Source of the DNA: a virus
Taxonomy: Duplodnaviria > Caudoviricetes
Length of the DNA stretch: 64,000 nt
IMG/VR virus record: IMGVR_UViG_3300038974_000417
Span: 9,312-73,311 of that record
Direction: 5' to 3' (one strand)
Shown: positions 1-9,443 of the stretch, piece by piece
Layout: every line of letters begins with the position of its first letter
Position numbering within the stretch: position 1 is the stretch's first letter
The notes under the pieces: generated by a model
Told to the model about the DNA's origin: nothing
The model's input: the letters and a program-made list of their open reading frames with translations, nothing else
Database searches by the model: none
Translations under genes and position numbers: made by a program

Positions 1-2
1 GA

Positions 3-1130
3 GAAGACACTGTACAAAAATTACAAGAACAATTAAAAAACATTCCAAATAGGCAAAATCTTAAGCATATTTTATTTAAAATCGATCCCAGCTTAGTTAA
101 GTCTATAGAACACCATACATACGGTGTACAGCTCTCTAGAAATACATTTGCAGAAAAAGCTTTTTATCTTATAAATGGAATGCCTCAGGATAATGCTGGA
201 AAAATTAAATATTATTTTGAATCTTTTGATACAGGATACGAGGAACGGTTCAAATATATTAATGAATCTAGGGGTGAGAATGAGGTAAGAAAATGGTTAA
301 ATGGCTTAGGTATTAGGACTGAGAAAAAGAGAATTAATAGATATCTTGAAATTGATATATATATGCCAGATTATAAAATCGGAATAGAATATAACGGTGA
401 GTATTATCACTCTAATTTATTTAAATCTCCTAATTTTCATTTAAATAAAACAGAACGATGTAGAGAACATGGTATAGTATTACTTCATATATTTGATAGT
501 GAATGGGTACAAAGACAGGAAATAATTAAATCTATTATTTTGTCAAAATTAAATTTAATTAAGAAAAAAATATATGCGAGAGAGTGTATCGTACGTAATG
601 TGAGTAGTGCTGAGCGAAAGTTGTTTTTGAATAATAACCATTTACAGGGAAACGACAAGTCATCAATTAGTGTTGGATTATATTATAATGATGAATTGGT
701 GTCAATAATGACGTTTGGTAACCGTAAGATAACAGGAAATACTCAATTTGAACTTCAGCGGTTTTGCAGTAAGCTTAATACTATAGTAATTGGTGGCGCT
801 TCTAAATTATTTTCATACTTTACAAAGACACATGGCAATATGAAGATTGTCACCTATGCAGATAGGAGACTAAGTACAGGTAATTTATATCCAAAACTCG
901 GGTTCACTTTATCTCATTATTCTCCACCTACATATTACTATTTTAAACCTGCTATGGGTGTATATATGAAATTATATCATCGATCCAATTTTCAAAAACA
1001 TATTCTACATAGACGTTTAAGTAGTTTTGACAGTGCCAAGTCGGAAAAGGAGAATATGAGTAATAATGGATATCTTCATGTTTACGATTGTGGTCATATG
1101 GTTTTTAAATATTGTGATTCTGCTCCATAG
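3..1130 (+). CDS. Hef-like free-standing homing endonuclease (PD-(D/E)XK/Vsr-like domain plus C-terminal GNAT-like domain); 5' end lies outside the window
   Basis: The frame is open from base 3 through the ATG at 180. Motifs EIDIYMPDYKIGIEYNGEYYHS, LLHIFDSEW, FELQRFCS, IGGASKLF and TYADRR are typical of phage Hef-like nucleases. Confidence 0.7.
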   Translation, partial: EDTVQKLQEQLKNIPNRQNLKHILFKIDPSLVKSIEHHTYGVQLSRNTFAEKAFYLINGMPQDNAGKIKYYFESFDTGYEERFKYINESRGENEVRKWLNGLGIRTEKKRINRYLEIDIYMPDYKIGIEYNGEYYHSNLFKSPNFHLNKTERCREHGIVLLHIFDSEWVQRQEIIKSIILSKLNLIKKKIYARECIVRNVSSAERKLFLNNNHLQGNDKSSISVGLYYNDELVSIMTFGNRKITGNTQFELQRFCSKLNTIVIGGASKLFSYFTKTHGNMKIVTYADRRLSTGNLYPKLGFTLSHYSPPTYYYFKPAMGVYMKLYHRSNFQKHILHRRLSSFDSAKSEKENMSNNGYLHVYDCGHMVFKYCDSAP

Positions 1131-1137
1131 ATATCGT

Positions 1138-1428
1138 GTGAACAACCAGTGGCTAAAGCGCACTGGCTTCAGTTTAGAGCTTTAAGGCGCTCAAGGTGGA
1201 TTCACTGCCACAGATTAACCTCTTCAGGGTACCAAAACGTTTGGTTTTATATCTTCTAGGCTTTCACCTCATCCATATACCGAAAGATATATGTTGTTTA
1301 TACCTATAATTATTTATGCTAACCAGCTAAATTTTCTTGCTTTTTAGCAAATTAATTTAATATAAACAATAAAGCTGGCAAAATTCATCCATGTGCTGAA
1401 GCATCATGGTTTTCTTTTGCAAGAAACA
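1138..1428 (-). mobile_element. Non-autonomous IS200/IS605-type element, copy A (291 bp, TnpB omegaRNA-like right end)
   Basis: 1138-1432 is the exact reverse complement of 32608-32902. On - it is preceded by TTAT and ends GAAGCCAGTGCGCTTTAGCCACTGGTTGTTCAC (subterminal hairpin with TTTA loop). It has no ORF of its own. Confidence 0.85.
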
Positions 1429-1435
1429 ATAAATA
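1428..1435 (+). promoter_or_regulatory. T4-type late promoter (AATAAATA) at the element junction, 5 nt before GTG 1441
   Basis: Removing element A gives TATAAATA, the gp55 consensus. A gp55-like sigma factor is encoded in the window. Confidence 0.6.
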
Positions 1436-1440
1436 TTGTC

Positions 1441-1710
1441 GTGAATAGCCGTAGACGTAAATTTAAGCCAGGTGATTTGGTACGTATTAAGAAGTCAATA
1501 CAGTATATATATCCGAGTGATTACGCTACTGCTATAGGAGTTATAGATGATATAGATGATTCAGATCAACTCAACACCGGTGTACTTAGTGTGCTATATG
1601 ATAATGACGATGTTAGTGTTCTTATACCTGCATCCAATTTAGAACATGTCATGCCTGATGTAACCCCTGAGACTGATAAAGCATATAGGGATATATTTAA
1701 AGACCTATAA
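1441..1710 (+). CDS. Small hypothetical protein with KOW/SH3-like start (FKPGDLVRIK)
   Basis: The ORF-track start (1393) lies inside the mobile element. GTG 1441 follows the late-promoter motif by 5 nt, like many other genes here. Confidence 0.6.
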   Translation: MNSRRRKFKPGDLVRIKKSIQYIYPSDYATAIGVIDDIDDSDQLNTGVLSVLYDNDDVSVLIPASNLEHVMPDVTPETDKAYRDIFKDL

Positions 1711-1734
1711 CTGCGATGAAATCTTCCTATAATG

Positions 1735-1775
1735 CATAAATATTCATAGATACACACCATAAATATCTACAGGAG
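1735..1775 (+). promoter_or_regulatory. Tandem late promoters (CATAAATA at 1735 and 1758) and Shine-Dalgarno AGGAG for the tail tube gene
   Basis: Two CATAAATA copies, then AGGAG at 1771-1775, 8 nt before ATG 1784. Confidence 0.6.
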
Positions 1776-1783
1776 AAACAATT

Positions 1784-2287
1784 ATGTCAATACAAGAATT
1801 TTATAGTACATCACAACAGAAGGAATTTGCGCGCGATTTTCAATTTCGCGTAGTAACCTTAGGACCATTTGATGCTCAGGACTTATTATACGTACAGACC
1901 GCGACGCTTCCCGCTAAGACGGTTCAAAATCAAACCGCATCATTTATGGGGCTAGATTTTAATGTTCCTGGTAGTGTAAAGTATGATGGTAGTTCCAGCT
2001 GGAATATTACATTTTGGTGTGATGAAGGCCTTAACATCCGTAATAAAATGGAAAATTATGTTAAGACTATTTTTGATGATGAAACAAGCACTGGTTTATA
2101 TGGAGTGCCCACTGAAATAGCAACATTAGATTTACTCGGAAAAAATCGTGAAACGCTTCGTAGATATGATTTTTACGGTCTTTATCCGGTTACTGTAGGA
2201 GAGATATCTTATGATATACAGGGTTCGGGTACTATATTAACTGTTCCTTGTACGTTTGCATATCAATTCTGGCGTTTGCGTAAATAG
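1784..2287 (+). CDS. Tail tube protein (T4 gp19-like)
   Basis: 167 aa with FARDFQFRV, ATLP, FMG..FNVPG, W.ITF..DE, FYGLYP..VGEISY and FAYQFW, the tail-tube pattern. Strong SD. Confidence 0.8.
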   Translation: MSIQEFYSTSQQKEFARDFQFRVVTLGPFDAQDLLYVQTATLPAKTVQNQTASFMGLDFNVPGSVKYDGSSSWNITFWCDEGLNIRNKMENYVKTIFDDETSTGLYGVPTEIATLDLLGKNRETLRRYDFYGLYPVTVGEISYDIQGSGTILTVPCTFAYQFWRLRK

Positions 2288-2348
2288 CATCTCAAGTCAA
2301 TCTGCGTACATTTAAATAGAGCAGCTAGCTGCTTTAGTAAATATTATT

Positions 2349-3899
2349 ATGGCAGATGTCGTTAGAGTTATAACAGCCGGCAATCCCGGAGATACCCTCA
2401 CCTCTTCAGTTCGAGGAATAGGTGGGGGTGCATTAGGTGCAGCAGCTGCAATGGCTACTCGAGCTACCTCTAATATACCGGGTGCAAATGTTGCAATCGC
2501 TGGTCTTCAGAATATAGCCGGTGATTTTCTACAGGGTGATAGAAATGTTACAGGAATTTATAATGGATTTCTTACTCAAATATTACAAGATTATACTAGT
2601 TCCCCATCTATTATGCCCCTGTGGGTGTGTTATATAGATATAGAAGAAAGAGATAAGATACAATTAGCTGATAAGTTAGATAAAAATAGTGGAGGTAAAC
2701 ATGTCACCACTAGACAGGGATTGCTGGGATTAAGTAGAGGTCAGCATTCGGCGGGAGATTTGGGTAGAGGTTTGGCTTTAATGTTTTGTCAGGGTGTACA
2801 GGTACCATCTGATTCTATATCTGTTAGACGAGATTCTTATAGTAGCGCAATTGGTGGATATATACCAGGATTAATAGGAGATAATAGAAGTCTTAGTGAA
2901 GTTACTATTTCGTTTCTAGAGAATAACGCAAGCTTTACGGATTTCGTTTTAAGGCCTTGGATGATGTATAATTCATATTATGGTATACCCAACGGAATTA
3001 AATCTAATATAATAATTGAAGAATATGTACGTACGTTACCTGATAAACCGTTGAGGTTAAGAAAGAAAATTACTTTACATAAAGCATTTCCAACAACTAT
3101 AGATTCATTAAATTTACGGTATAAAGATACTGCAGATACTAGACAAATTCAGTTTGCATATGAAAGTTATAATATAGAAGAGGGTGGAGATTGGGGAATA
3201 TCTCAGATTAATAAGAATCAATCATTATTGGGTAAATTGGGTGAATTAGCTTTAAATGTAGCAACTGGGCTGGTCAATAAAGAGATTGAAAAGTTTGAAT
3301 CTAATTTATTCTCAATTAAGCCTCAATTAGTTAATATAGAACCACCCGCTACACCCCCATCTGAGGTAGCTAAGCAAAGTGTATCGAACGTTAGTATTAC
3401 TAGCTCAGACCATGCTACACAATCGATTAAATCTCAAATAATAAAAAATATTAAAGATGATACACCTACGTTTGAATTGGTTAATAATAATACCAAAAAG
3501 GTTATTATACCTGCAGAGGATATGATTGATATTACTCAACTGAAAAACATATCTAAGATTGATCAAGTAATTATACCTGAAGCTGATGTTGTCACTGCAT
3601 CTGAAGTTCGAACTGATTATGTAGGAGTTTATCCACCTAAGGAAGACACGCCTACTCTAGCACCATTCAGAAGACCGGATCCTGCTACTATATTGCCACG
3701 TGATGATATGATTTCTAGATCTACTAAAATAGATAAACAATCTGCTATTATTGGTAAAGATGATGAGGCTCTTAAGTCTAGGATAAATGTACAAAAAATA
3801 TCAATTAATAGTAATGATTCTCGTAGAGACAAATCATACATACCTGTTCAAATAATATCTATTGGTACTAATGATTCTCGTGAACTACTAGGTAGCTAA
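2349..3899 (+). CDS. Baseplate/tail-tube junction protein (gp48/gp54-like tube domain) with long low-complexity C-terminus; last codons supplied by an inserted element
   Basis: Tube-like segment EVTISFLENNASFTDFVLRPW...LHKAFPTTI...IQFAYE, in a tail-gene context. The stop codon lies inside the element at 3880-4030. Confidence 0.55.
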   Translation: MADVVRVITAGNPGDTLTSSVRGIGGGALGAAAAMATRATSNIPGANVAIAGLQNIAGDFLQGDRNVTGIYNGFLTQILQDYTSSPSIMPLWVCYIDIEERDKIQLADKLDKNSGGKHVTTRQGLLGLSRGQHSAGDLGRGLALMFCQGVQVPSDSISVRRDSYSSAIGGYIPGLIGDNRSLSEVTISFLENNASFTDFVLRPWMMYNSYYGIPNGIKSNIIIEEYVRTLPDKPLRLRKKITLHKAFPTTIDSLNLRYKDTADTRQIQFAYESYNIEEGGDWGISQINKNQSLLGKLGELALNVATGLVNKEIEKFESNLFSIKPQLVNIEPPATPPSEVAKQSVSNVSITSSDHATQSIKSQIIKNIKDDTPTFELVNNNTKKVIIPAEDMIDITQLKNISKIDQVIIPEADVVTASEVRTDYVGVYPPKEDTPTLAPFRRPDPATILPRDDMISRSTKIDKQSAIIGKDDEALKSRINVQKISINSNDSRRDKSYIPVQIISIGTNDSRELLGS

Positions 3900-4030
3900 A
3901 GCTACGCTAGCTTCGAGTTTAAAGCTTTTACTCTGGTCTGATTCACATTGAGACCCATTCAACACCGTAAAATATCAAAATATAACAACATCCAAAAATG
4001 ATTCACAACGACAGGGAGATTCAATTAAAA
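3880..4030 (-). mobile_element. Non-autonomous IS200/IS605-type element B (about 151 bp)
   Basis: On - it ends AAAGCTTTAAACTCGAAGCTAGCGTAGCTTTAGCTACCTAGTAGTTCAC, homologous to element A with compensatory stem changes. The left boundary after TTAC (4031-4034) is inferred from ORF restoration. Confidence 0.7.
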
Positions 4031-4104
4031 GTAAGATAATAGAATCTCCAATCACTGATGTAAATAATAGTTGAACAACTTTTATATATGTATAAGTATA
4101 TTAT

Positions 4105-4962
4105 ATGAACACTACTAATATTGATATTAAATCCCTTTTAAATACATTAGATACTATTAACACTAAAAACTATGCATTTCATGTATATGTACCATCTCTA
4201 CAAAAAGATATACCGTTTCTACAGATAAGTACTAGTCAGCAAAAGTCATTAATTAAATCTGTTATTGATTCACCGGTATATAATACAGAATTTATATATA
4301 CTATACGTAGTATTATAAAAGATAATTGTCTGGATAAAGAGGTTAGCATTGATGAATTAACGCTACTTGATAAATTAGTTATATGTTTAGCTCTTCGAAG
4401 TAAGAGTATTAGTAGTACGTATGAATTTTCATATACTCATGAAGGAGCAGAGTTAAAATATAATATTGAATTGGATTCGTTAATTGAGGCATCTAAATCT
4501 ATAGATATTGAATTAGAGAGAGTCATAGAAACTCAAGACTATAAAATAACTACACGAGTTCCTACTATTGGTATTGAATATCAAGTAGAAAAAGAATTGA
4601 GATCAAAAAACCGCCAAAATAATGAAAATATTCAAAACAGTGAACAGCTTCGTGATATAGTAGGAGAAGCGTTTATGACTGAATTAATAAAATATATTAA
4701 ATGTGTAGAAATTCCACGAGGGGATACCGAGGTATTTAAGATAGAAATGAGTAATATGTCCCCTAAGGATGGTATTAGTATTTTGGGTAAATTCCCGATT
4801 AAAGTGCTTGAGAGTATATTAGATTTTGTTAATGATTATAGTCGGAGTATTAGTAATATAACTAAGATTAAAGTTCCTGGTGGAGTAAATACCGAAACAA
4901 ATGAAGTTGAATTCATAGAACAGGAGATTCCGATTAACGGGAATTTTTTTATAATTTCTTAA
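4105..4962 (+). CDS. Baseplate hub assembly protein (T4 gp26-like)
   Basis: VYVPSLQKDIPF..ISTSQQKSL and LTLLDKLVICLALRSKSI match the gp26 pattern (x.PS..K.I.FRP...K; D..Y..L.LR..SI). Followed by a gp51-like gene and the tape measure. Confidence 0.7.
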   Translation: MNTTNIDIKSLLNTLDTINTKNYAFHVYVPSLQKDIPFLQISTSQQKSLIKSVIDSPVYNTEFIYTIRSIIKDNCLDKEVSIDELTLLDKLVICLALRSKSISSTYEFSYTHEGAELKYNIELDSLIEASKSIDIELERVIETQDYKITTRVPTIGIEYQVEKELRSKNRQNNENIQNSEQLRDIVGEAFMTELIKYIKCVEIPRGDTEVFKIEMSNMSPKDGISILGKFPIKVLESILDFVNDYSRSISNITKIKVPGGVNTETNEVEFIEQEIPINGNFFIIS

Positions 4963-4967
4963 AACGA

Positions 4968-5198
4968 TTGTTTTATATTGATTTACACGAGATTTATCAA
5001 TCTATATACTTATTAGCCAGTAAGTGTAATTTATCAGGTGATTATATAGATTCTTTACCGCCGTATGATAGAGATCTGTATTTAACATATTATAAAGAAG
5101 AGTTAAAAATGTTGAAGGATCAGCAGCGAAAGGCTGATTCCGGCGTAAATATTTCTAGAGGGCCTATGATTGGTTCTATGCCCGATATAGGAATATAA
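4968..5198 (+). CDS. Baseplate hub assembly catalyst (T4 gp51-like)
   Basis: Short ORF with YLLASKCNLSGDYIDSLPPYDRDLYL, located between the gp26-like gene and the tape measure. TTG start. Confidence 0.65.
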   Translation: MFYIDLHEIYQSIYLLASKCNLSGDYIDSLPPYDRDLYLTYYKEELKMLKDQQRKADSGVNISRGPMIGSMPDIGI

Positions 5199-5199
5199 A

Positions 5200-8040
5200 A
5201 TGTCAACAAATACTGATATAAGTGCTCTAATAGAGCCGCTATTAAAAGATACTAATATTGCTTCCGATTTACAACGGAAAGTTAAGGATGTATACTCTAC
5301 TCTATTAGATAATTTATCCAAATCTGCCAAGGGTATTAAATTTGAGACTGGTACAGTTAATATCAGCTCGATGTTGGGGGTTGATCAAAAACAATCGTTA
5401 TATACTTCACATAAGTATCAATCTTTACAGCGAACTATACTGGATAGGGTTCAAAAGTATGTAAGAACCACAGAGAGTAATATAGTATCGGAAGGTATAA
5501 ATCTTGGTACTGTATTGGGTACATCTCAAAAAGAATCTTTTTTAACTTCTAGGAAGTTTCAATCCATAAAAAAATCTATTTTAGATAGACTGCAAACTGA
5601 TCTAGGACGCTATAAGGGTAATATAATTGGTAAATCCGGCATTAATTTGGGTGATATATTAGGAGGCGATCAAAAAGAATCTTTTTTAACTTCTAGGAAG
5701 TTTCAATCCATAAAAAAATCTATTTTAGATAGACTGCAAACTGATCTAGGACGCTATAAGGGTAATATAATTGGTAAATCCGGCATTAATTTGGGTGATA
5801 TATTAGGAGGCGATCAAAAGAATTCTATATTAATCTCCATGAAATTTCAGTCTCTTAAGCGTAAAGTACTTAAGAAATTGGAGACTGATTTAACCGATAA
5901 AAATTTAAGGTTGTTATCTACTGGCCAATTATCCATTGGTGATATAATGGGTGAGATCCCTGAAATGGGATTGTTTGAGCGTCTTAAGTTTCGTAAGCTT
6001 AGATCTAAAATGATGACTGCAATAGAGAAAAGTGTATTAGGCATTAAGGATGATAAATTAGATAAAAATGGAAACAAAGAGAGTGGTGGTCTTCGTATAT
6101 TTGAGGAAGAAGCTACACCAGTTAAGTTGGTATCTATTGATGATGATATATTAAAAAACCTGTCTGGTGTGCTAGGGGCGGGTACTGCTGTGACAGCTGT
6201 TGCGGGTGGAGTTGATGCTAAGCCACCGGCAGGATTAACCAAGTGGATTGCACCGATTATTATGATAATAGCTAGTTTAGGTGCCTTAGCTACAGGATTA
6301 ATGAGTACTGGTCCAGCTAAGGGTCTTATGACTATGCTTGGTAAAGTGGGTATAATGGCTAGTCTTAAAATGGTAGCCAAAATGGTGGGGAAGGTGTTAA
6401 CCAAAACTCTGAAGTGGATACCACTGGTAGGTACTTTTGTGGATTTAGCGGATGCTTTTATGAGATTTAAGAATAAGGATTGGGCTGGTGGCTCAATAGC
6501 TTTAGTAGGTGGTTTATTGTCTTTGATTAATTTAGCAGCTCCAGGAGTGGGAACTGCGTTGTCTTTGGGGTGTTCGGCCTTAAATGCGTTTTTGGATTTT
6601 AAGGCTGGTGGGTCCAGTGAGGAGGCAAGTGTCAAGAAGATGGATATGATAAAGGACTTCTTACGACCATTTGGTGATGCAATATTACCTATATTAAAAG
6701 CTCTACCTCCTGTAGCATTGGGGATTGGATTATATAAAATAGCTAAGGGTGATGTTAAAGAGGGATTTGAAGCTATGGCAAAGAGTGTGTCGTGGATTCC
6801 GGTTATAGGAGAACCAATGGCTCGAGTAGCTTCATTTTTAGGTGAAAGAGCACAAGAGTGGACGGAGGCTAAATTTGGTACTGAGAGGCCTTTATGGGAA
6901 TCTGTAAAAGATTATATTGTAGATAAATTCAAAAACGCTCTCAAGAGAGTTATAGCTATAGGTACTGGAATAAAAGAAATATTTACTGGGGATGTAGGTA
7001 AGGGATTTGGCACTGTTATTAGTGCTGTTTCTGATTTAGATTATATTGGTCCACCACTAGCTAAATTGGGGTCTTTCTTACAACAAAAAACCGAGAATTT
7101 TAATGCTACTCATGGAGAACCTGGTCAGCCATTGTGGGAGAAAATAAGAGATTATTTGAGAGATAAAATCCAGGCTGCATGGAAGCGTCTTATAATGTTT
7201 GGTACAGGTATGCTTGATGTAGTTAAAGGAGATATACCTAGTGCTTTCGATAAGTTTGCGCAAGCGACTGATGGATTAGGTATAGTAGGATCTGTATTTA
7301 ATACTCTTAGGTGTTGGATGGAGGAGGCAGAGGAAGAGGCACCGACATGTCCGGGGTGTGAAGGAACAATTAATTTCTTTGCAGCGTTAAAGGATATAAT
7401 GGTAGAAAAGATGTCTAGTGCTGTACAGAAGCTTCCCAGGATGGTTAGATTTGTATTATCTAAAATTCCAGGTTTTAAGGAATTCGTTGGTGATGAAAAT
7501 TTTGATAATATAGGAGATGAGATATCTGATGCAATTGGTGATCTGGGAGCTGGTATTAAAGATGTTGTTGGTAGTAAGATAAAGGCTGGTAAGGATGCTG
7601 TGAGTGAGGGGTGGGGGAAATTAAAGAGTTGGAGGCCGTGGGGAGGAGATGAAGAGCAGGGTAGTCCGATACCTGTTACTGATTTTGCTGGTGTTATCAA
7701 GCCTGGTAATATTGTAGGATCGTTTAGGAATAATCCTATAGTTAATAGTGCCACAGATTATGTAATTGGTGCAAAGAGAGGTGGTCCTATAGAGCAGAAG
7801 TTGACTGAATTAGTTGAATCTGTTAATAGTAATATGAAGGATTTAGCAATTAAAATATCTGAAAGTATTCAATCTGGTGTAGGAAATATACAACCAGCTT
7901 ATATACCGATTCCGCCACCCGCAGTTAATATACCACCTCCGGCTCCTGCATCTATTGGATCCAGTAAAGCACCGAGTTATGCTGTGGGTAGTATATATAA
8001 TCAACGTGCAAGATTTTATGCTTTATATGGAGATCAATAG
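5200..8040 (+). CDS. Tail tape measure protein
   Basis: 946 aa, helical and Gly/Ala-rich with hydrophobic segments and Trp-periodic repeats; internal 48-aa repeats; position after the gp26/gp51-like genes. Confidence 0.75.
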   Translation: MSTNTDISALIEPLLKDTNIASDLQRKVKDVYSTLLDNLSKSAKGIKFETGTVNISSMLGVDQKQSLYTSHKYQSLQRTILDRVQKYVRTTESNIVSEGINLGTVLGTSQKESFLTSRKFQSIKKSILDRLQTDLGRYKGNIIGKSGINLGDILGGDQKESFLTSRKFQSIKKSILDRLQTDLGRYKGNIIGKSGINLGDILGGDQKNSILISMKFQSLKRKVLKKLETDLTDKNLRLLSTGQLSIGDIMGEIPEMGLFERLKFRKLRSKMMTAIEKSVLGIKDDKLDKNGNKESGGLRIFEEEATPVKLVSIDDDILKNLSGVLGAGTAVTAVAGGVDAKPPAGLTKWIAPIIMIIASLGALATGLMSTGPAKGLMTMLGKVGIMASLKMVAKMVGKVLTKTLKWIPLVGTFVDLADAFMRFKNKDWAGGSIALVGGLLSLINLAAPGVGTALSLGCSALNAFLDFKAGGSSEEASVKKMDMIKDFLRPFGDAILPILKALPPVALGIGLYKIAKGDVKEGFEAMAKSVSWIPVIGEPMARVASFLGERAQEWTEAKFGTERPLWESVKDYIVDKFKNALKRVIAIGTGIKEIFTGDVGKGFGTVISAVSDLDYIGPPLAKLGSFLQQKTENFNATHGEPGQPLWEKIRDYLRDKIQAAWKRLIMFGTGMLDVVKGDIPSAFDKFAQATDGLGIVGSVFNTLRCWMEEAEEEAPTCPGCEGTINFFAALKDIMVEKMSSAVQKLPRMVRFVLSKIPGFKEFVGDENFDNIGDEISDAIGDLGAGIKDVVGSKIKAGKDAVSEGWGKLKSWRPWGGDEEQGSPIPVTDFAGVIKPGNIVGSFRNNPIVNSATDYVIGAKRGGPIEQKLTELVESVNSNMKDLAIKISESIQSGVGNIQPAYIPIPPPAVNIPPPAPASIGSSKAPSYAVGSIYNQRARFYALYGDQ
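5527..5814 (+). repeat. Perfect 144-bp tandem duplication (48 aa) in the tape measure gene
   Basis: 5527-5670 is identical to 5671-5814 (QKESFLTSRKFQSIKKSILDRLQTDLGRYKGNIIGKSGINLGDILGGD twice). Confidence 0.95.
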
Positions 8041-9101
8041 TGAACAAATTTAAAATAAATGATATTGATATAGTAAATGATACTCCTTTTGATATGGTAT
8101 CAGAAGGGGCATATAATATAGGAGTAGCAGTATTCGATACAGCTGATGCGGCAGAGGCAGCTGAATTGAATTTAGTAGCGAATGACGAGTTAGAAGCTGC
8201 TGAGAAGAAGGGCGGTCCGGCGTTAGATGTTGTAAATAGATATAAATGGACCTTAAATAGCAGCCCCGAAGCTAGAGCGTGTGCACCATATATTGATATT
8301 AATTTTTTAGAGATGAAAACCGGTCAGTTGGCTCAATTATTATCTCAGACAATTAATATGTTTACTGATCCATATGATGGTATGTATAAGCTTGAAGTAG
8401 TCAGGTCGTTGAGACTTCCATATATCAGTAATTATCACCATCAAAATATGAACAATTGGGAGCCTTTATCATTGGAAGCTATAGGTAATATGATGAGTGG
8501 AAATACTACTGGTGGTGCAGTTGGGGCAGCGGCTGCGGGTATAATTCAAGCGGGTCGAAGTTTAATTGCAGCAGCAGCCTTACCAGCTTATAAGACTGAA
8601 ACACCAAATGTTTGGAGAGATAGAAACGAAGAATCTGTAGTAGTAGATTTTAATCTTTATAATACAGATCCAGATGCATATAAACAAAATAAGGAATTAG
8701 TGGATGAATTAATATATTGGACTTTGCCTAAAAAGTTAAAAGCAACTTTTGCTTTACCTCCAGTATTATGTGAATATCATATTCCTGGTATTAGACGAGG
8801 ACTTATAGCCAAGGTAGATTTGCATGTGGGCACTAAGGGTCAATCAGTAATGATTGGGGGAGAAAACGTACCTGATGCATATAATATACAGCTTACTCTT
8901 GCTGATCTATTAATGCAGACCAAAAACATACATCCGCTATCCGGACCGACAGGATTAAACAGTAGTATACGAAGTAGTAGAGCTGTTAATATATATCAAG
9001 GTTCACCTGGAGTATCAATTAGCGATGTTATAGATGCGGGGAAGGCGATGAAGACTAAGGTGGATAACATGTTAGGGAGGATAGGCAGTGAAGCAGAATG
9101 A
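8040..9101 (+). CDS. Probable baseplate tube-initiator protein (gp48-like)
   Basis: GTG start overlaps the tape-measure stop. Tube-like VVVDFNLYNT and PPVLCEYHIPG; followed by a gp53-like gene. Confidence 0.45.
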   Translation: MNKFKINDIDIVNDTPFDMVSEGAYNIGVAVFDTADAAEAAELNLVANDELEAAEKKGGPALDVVNRYKWTLNSSPEARACAPYIDINFLEMKTGQLAQLLSQTINMFTDPYDGMYKLEVVRSLRLPYISNYHHQNMNNWEPLSLEAIGNMMSGNTTGGAVGAAAAGIIQAGRSLIAAAALPAYKTETPNVWRDRNEESVVVDFNLYNTDPDAYKQNKELVDELIYWTLPKKLKATFALPPVLCEYHIPGIRRGLIAKVDLHVGTKGQSVMIGGENVPDAYNIQLTLADLLMQTKNIHPLSGPTGLNSSIRSSRAVNIYQGSPGVSISDVIDAGKAMKTKVDNMLGRIGSEAE

Positions 9102-9441
9102 TATACCAGATTCATCAGTAACCCAGCTTCGATCGACTGAATTATCTAATATATTTAATGTATATTATAATGATGAAAATCGTTATATGTATAATTTGTT
9201 AAACTCTCTTTATATACCATCTCAGTTAAATAGGTTATTATATACTGCAGTGTATCCACTTCCTGGTGAGTATTTAACTCAATTTAGTTATAGAATGTAT
9301 AAGACTATTGATTTAGCTTGGTTAATTGCGGAGACCAATAAAATATATAATATGTTGGAACCTTTAAATCCTTCAGTTCCGCTTAGAGTATTAAGTGATG
9401 AAGTAGTAAGGGATATATTGCTTCGTATTAAATTATTATAA
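9088..9441 (+). CDS. Baseplate wedge protein (T4 gp53-like, LysM-like)
   Basis: LSNIFNVY, YNLLNSL and GEYLTQFSYRMYKTIDLAWLIAETNKIYN fit the gp53 pattern. Confidence 0.7.
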   Translation: MKQNDIPDSSVTQLRSTELSNIFNVYYNDENRYMYNLLNSLYIPSQLNRLLYTAVYPLPGEYLTQFSYRMYKTIDLAWLIAETNKIYNMLEPLNPSVPLRVLSDEVVRDILLRIKLL

Positions 9442-9443
9442 TA

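Noticed and set aside
1138-1305. IscB/HEARO-type omegaRNA read in the host-sense direction
   Set aside because: I could not see HEARO hallmarks (GTTGACCAG, CTACGTT, GGATGC..CCAGTCC). The opposite strand resembles TnpB 3' ends better. Not fully excluded without RNA data.
1393-1440. ORF-track N-terminus MLKHHGFLLQETINIV
   Set aside because: It lies mostly inside the mobile element; GTG 1441 fits the promoter spacing rule.
5527-5814. CRISPR array (also considered for 63602-63711 and the dispersed GTTCAC elements)
   Set aside because: The repeats are contiguous, in-frame coding duplications with no spacers; the GTTCAC elements are dispersed rather than arrayed; no cas genes are present.
5847-7754. 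Long antisense ORFs (5847-6635, 7152-7754; similarly 9773-10168, 46012-46578, 50886-51257 and others in the track)
   Set aside because: Shadows of well-supported genes on the opposite strand, with no SD, promoter or recognisable motifs.
8040-8045. GTGAAC at 8040 and 49524 as element termini
   Set aside because: These are GTG start codons with no following hairpin.
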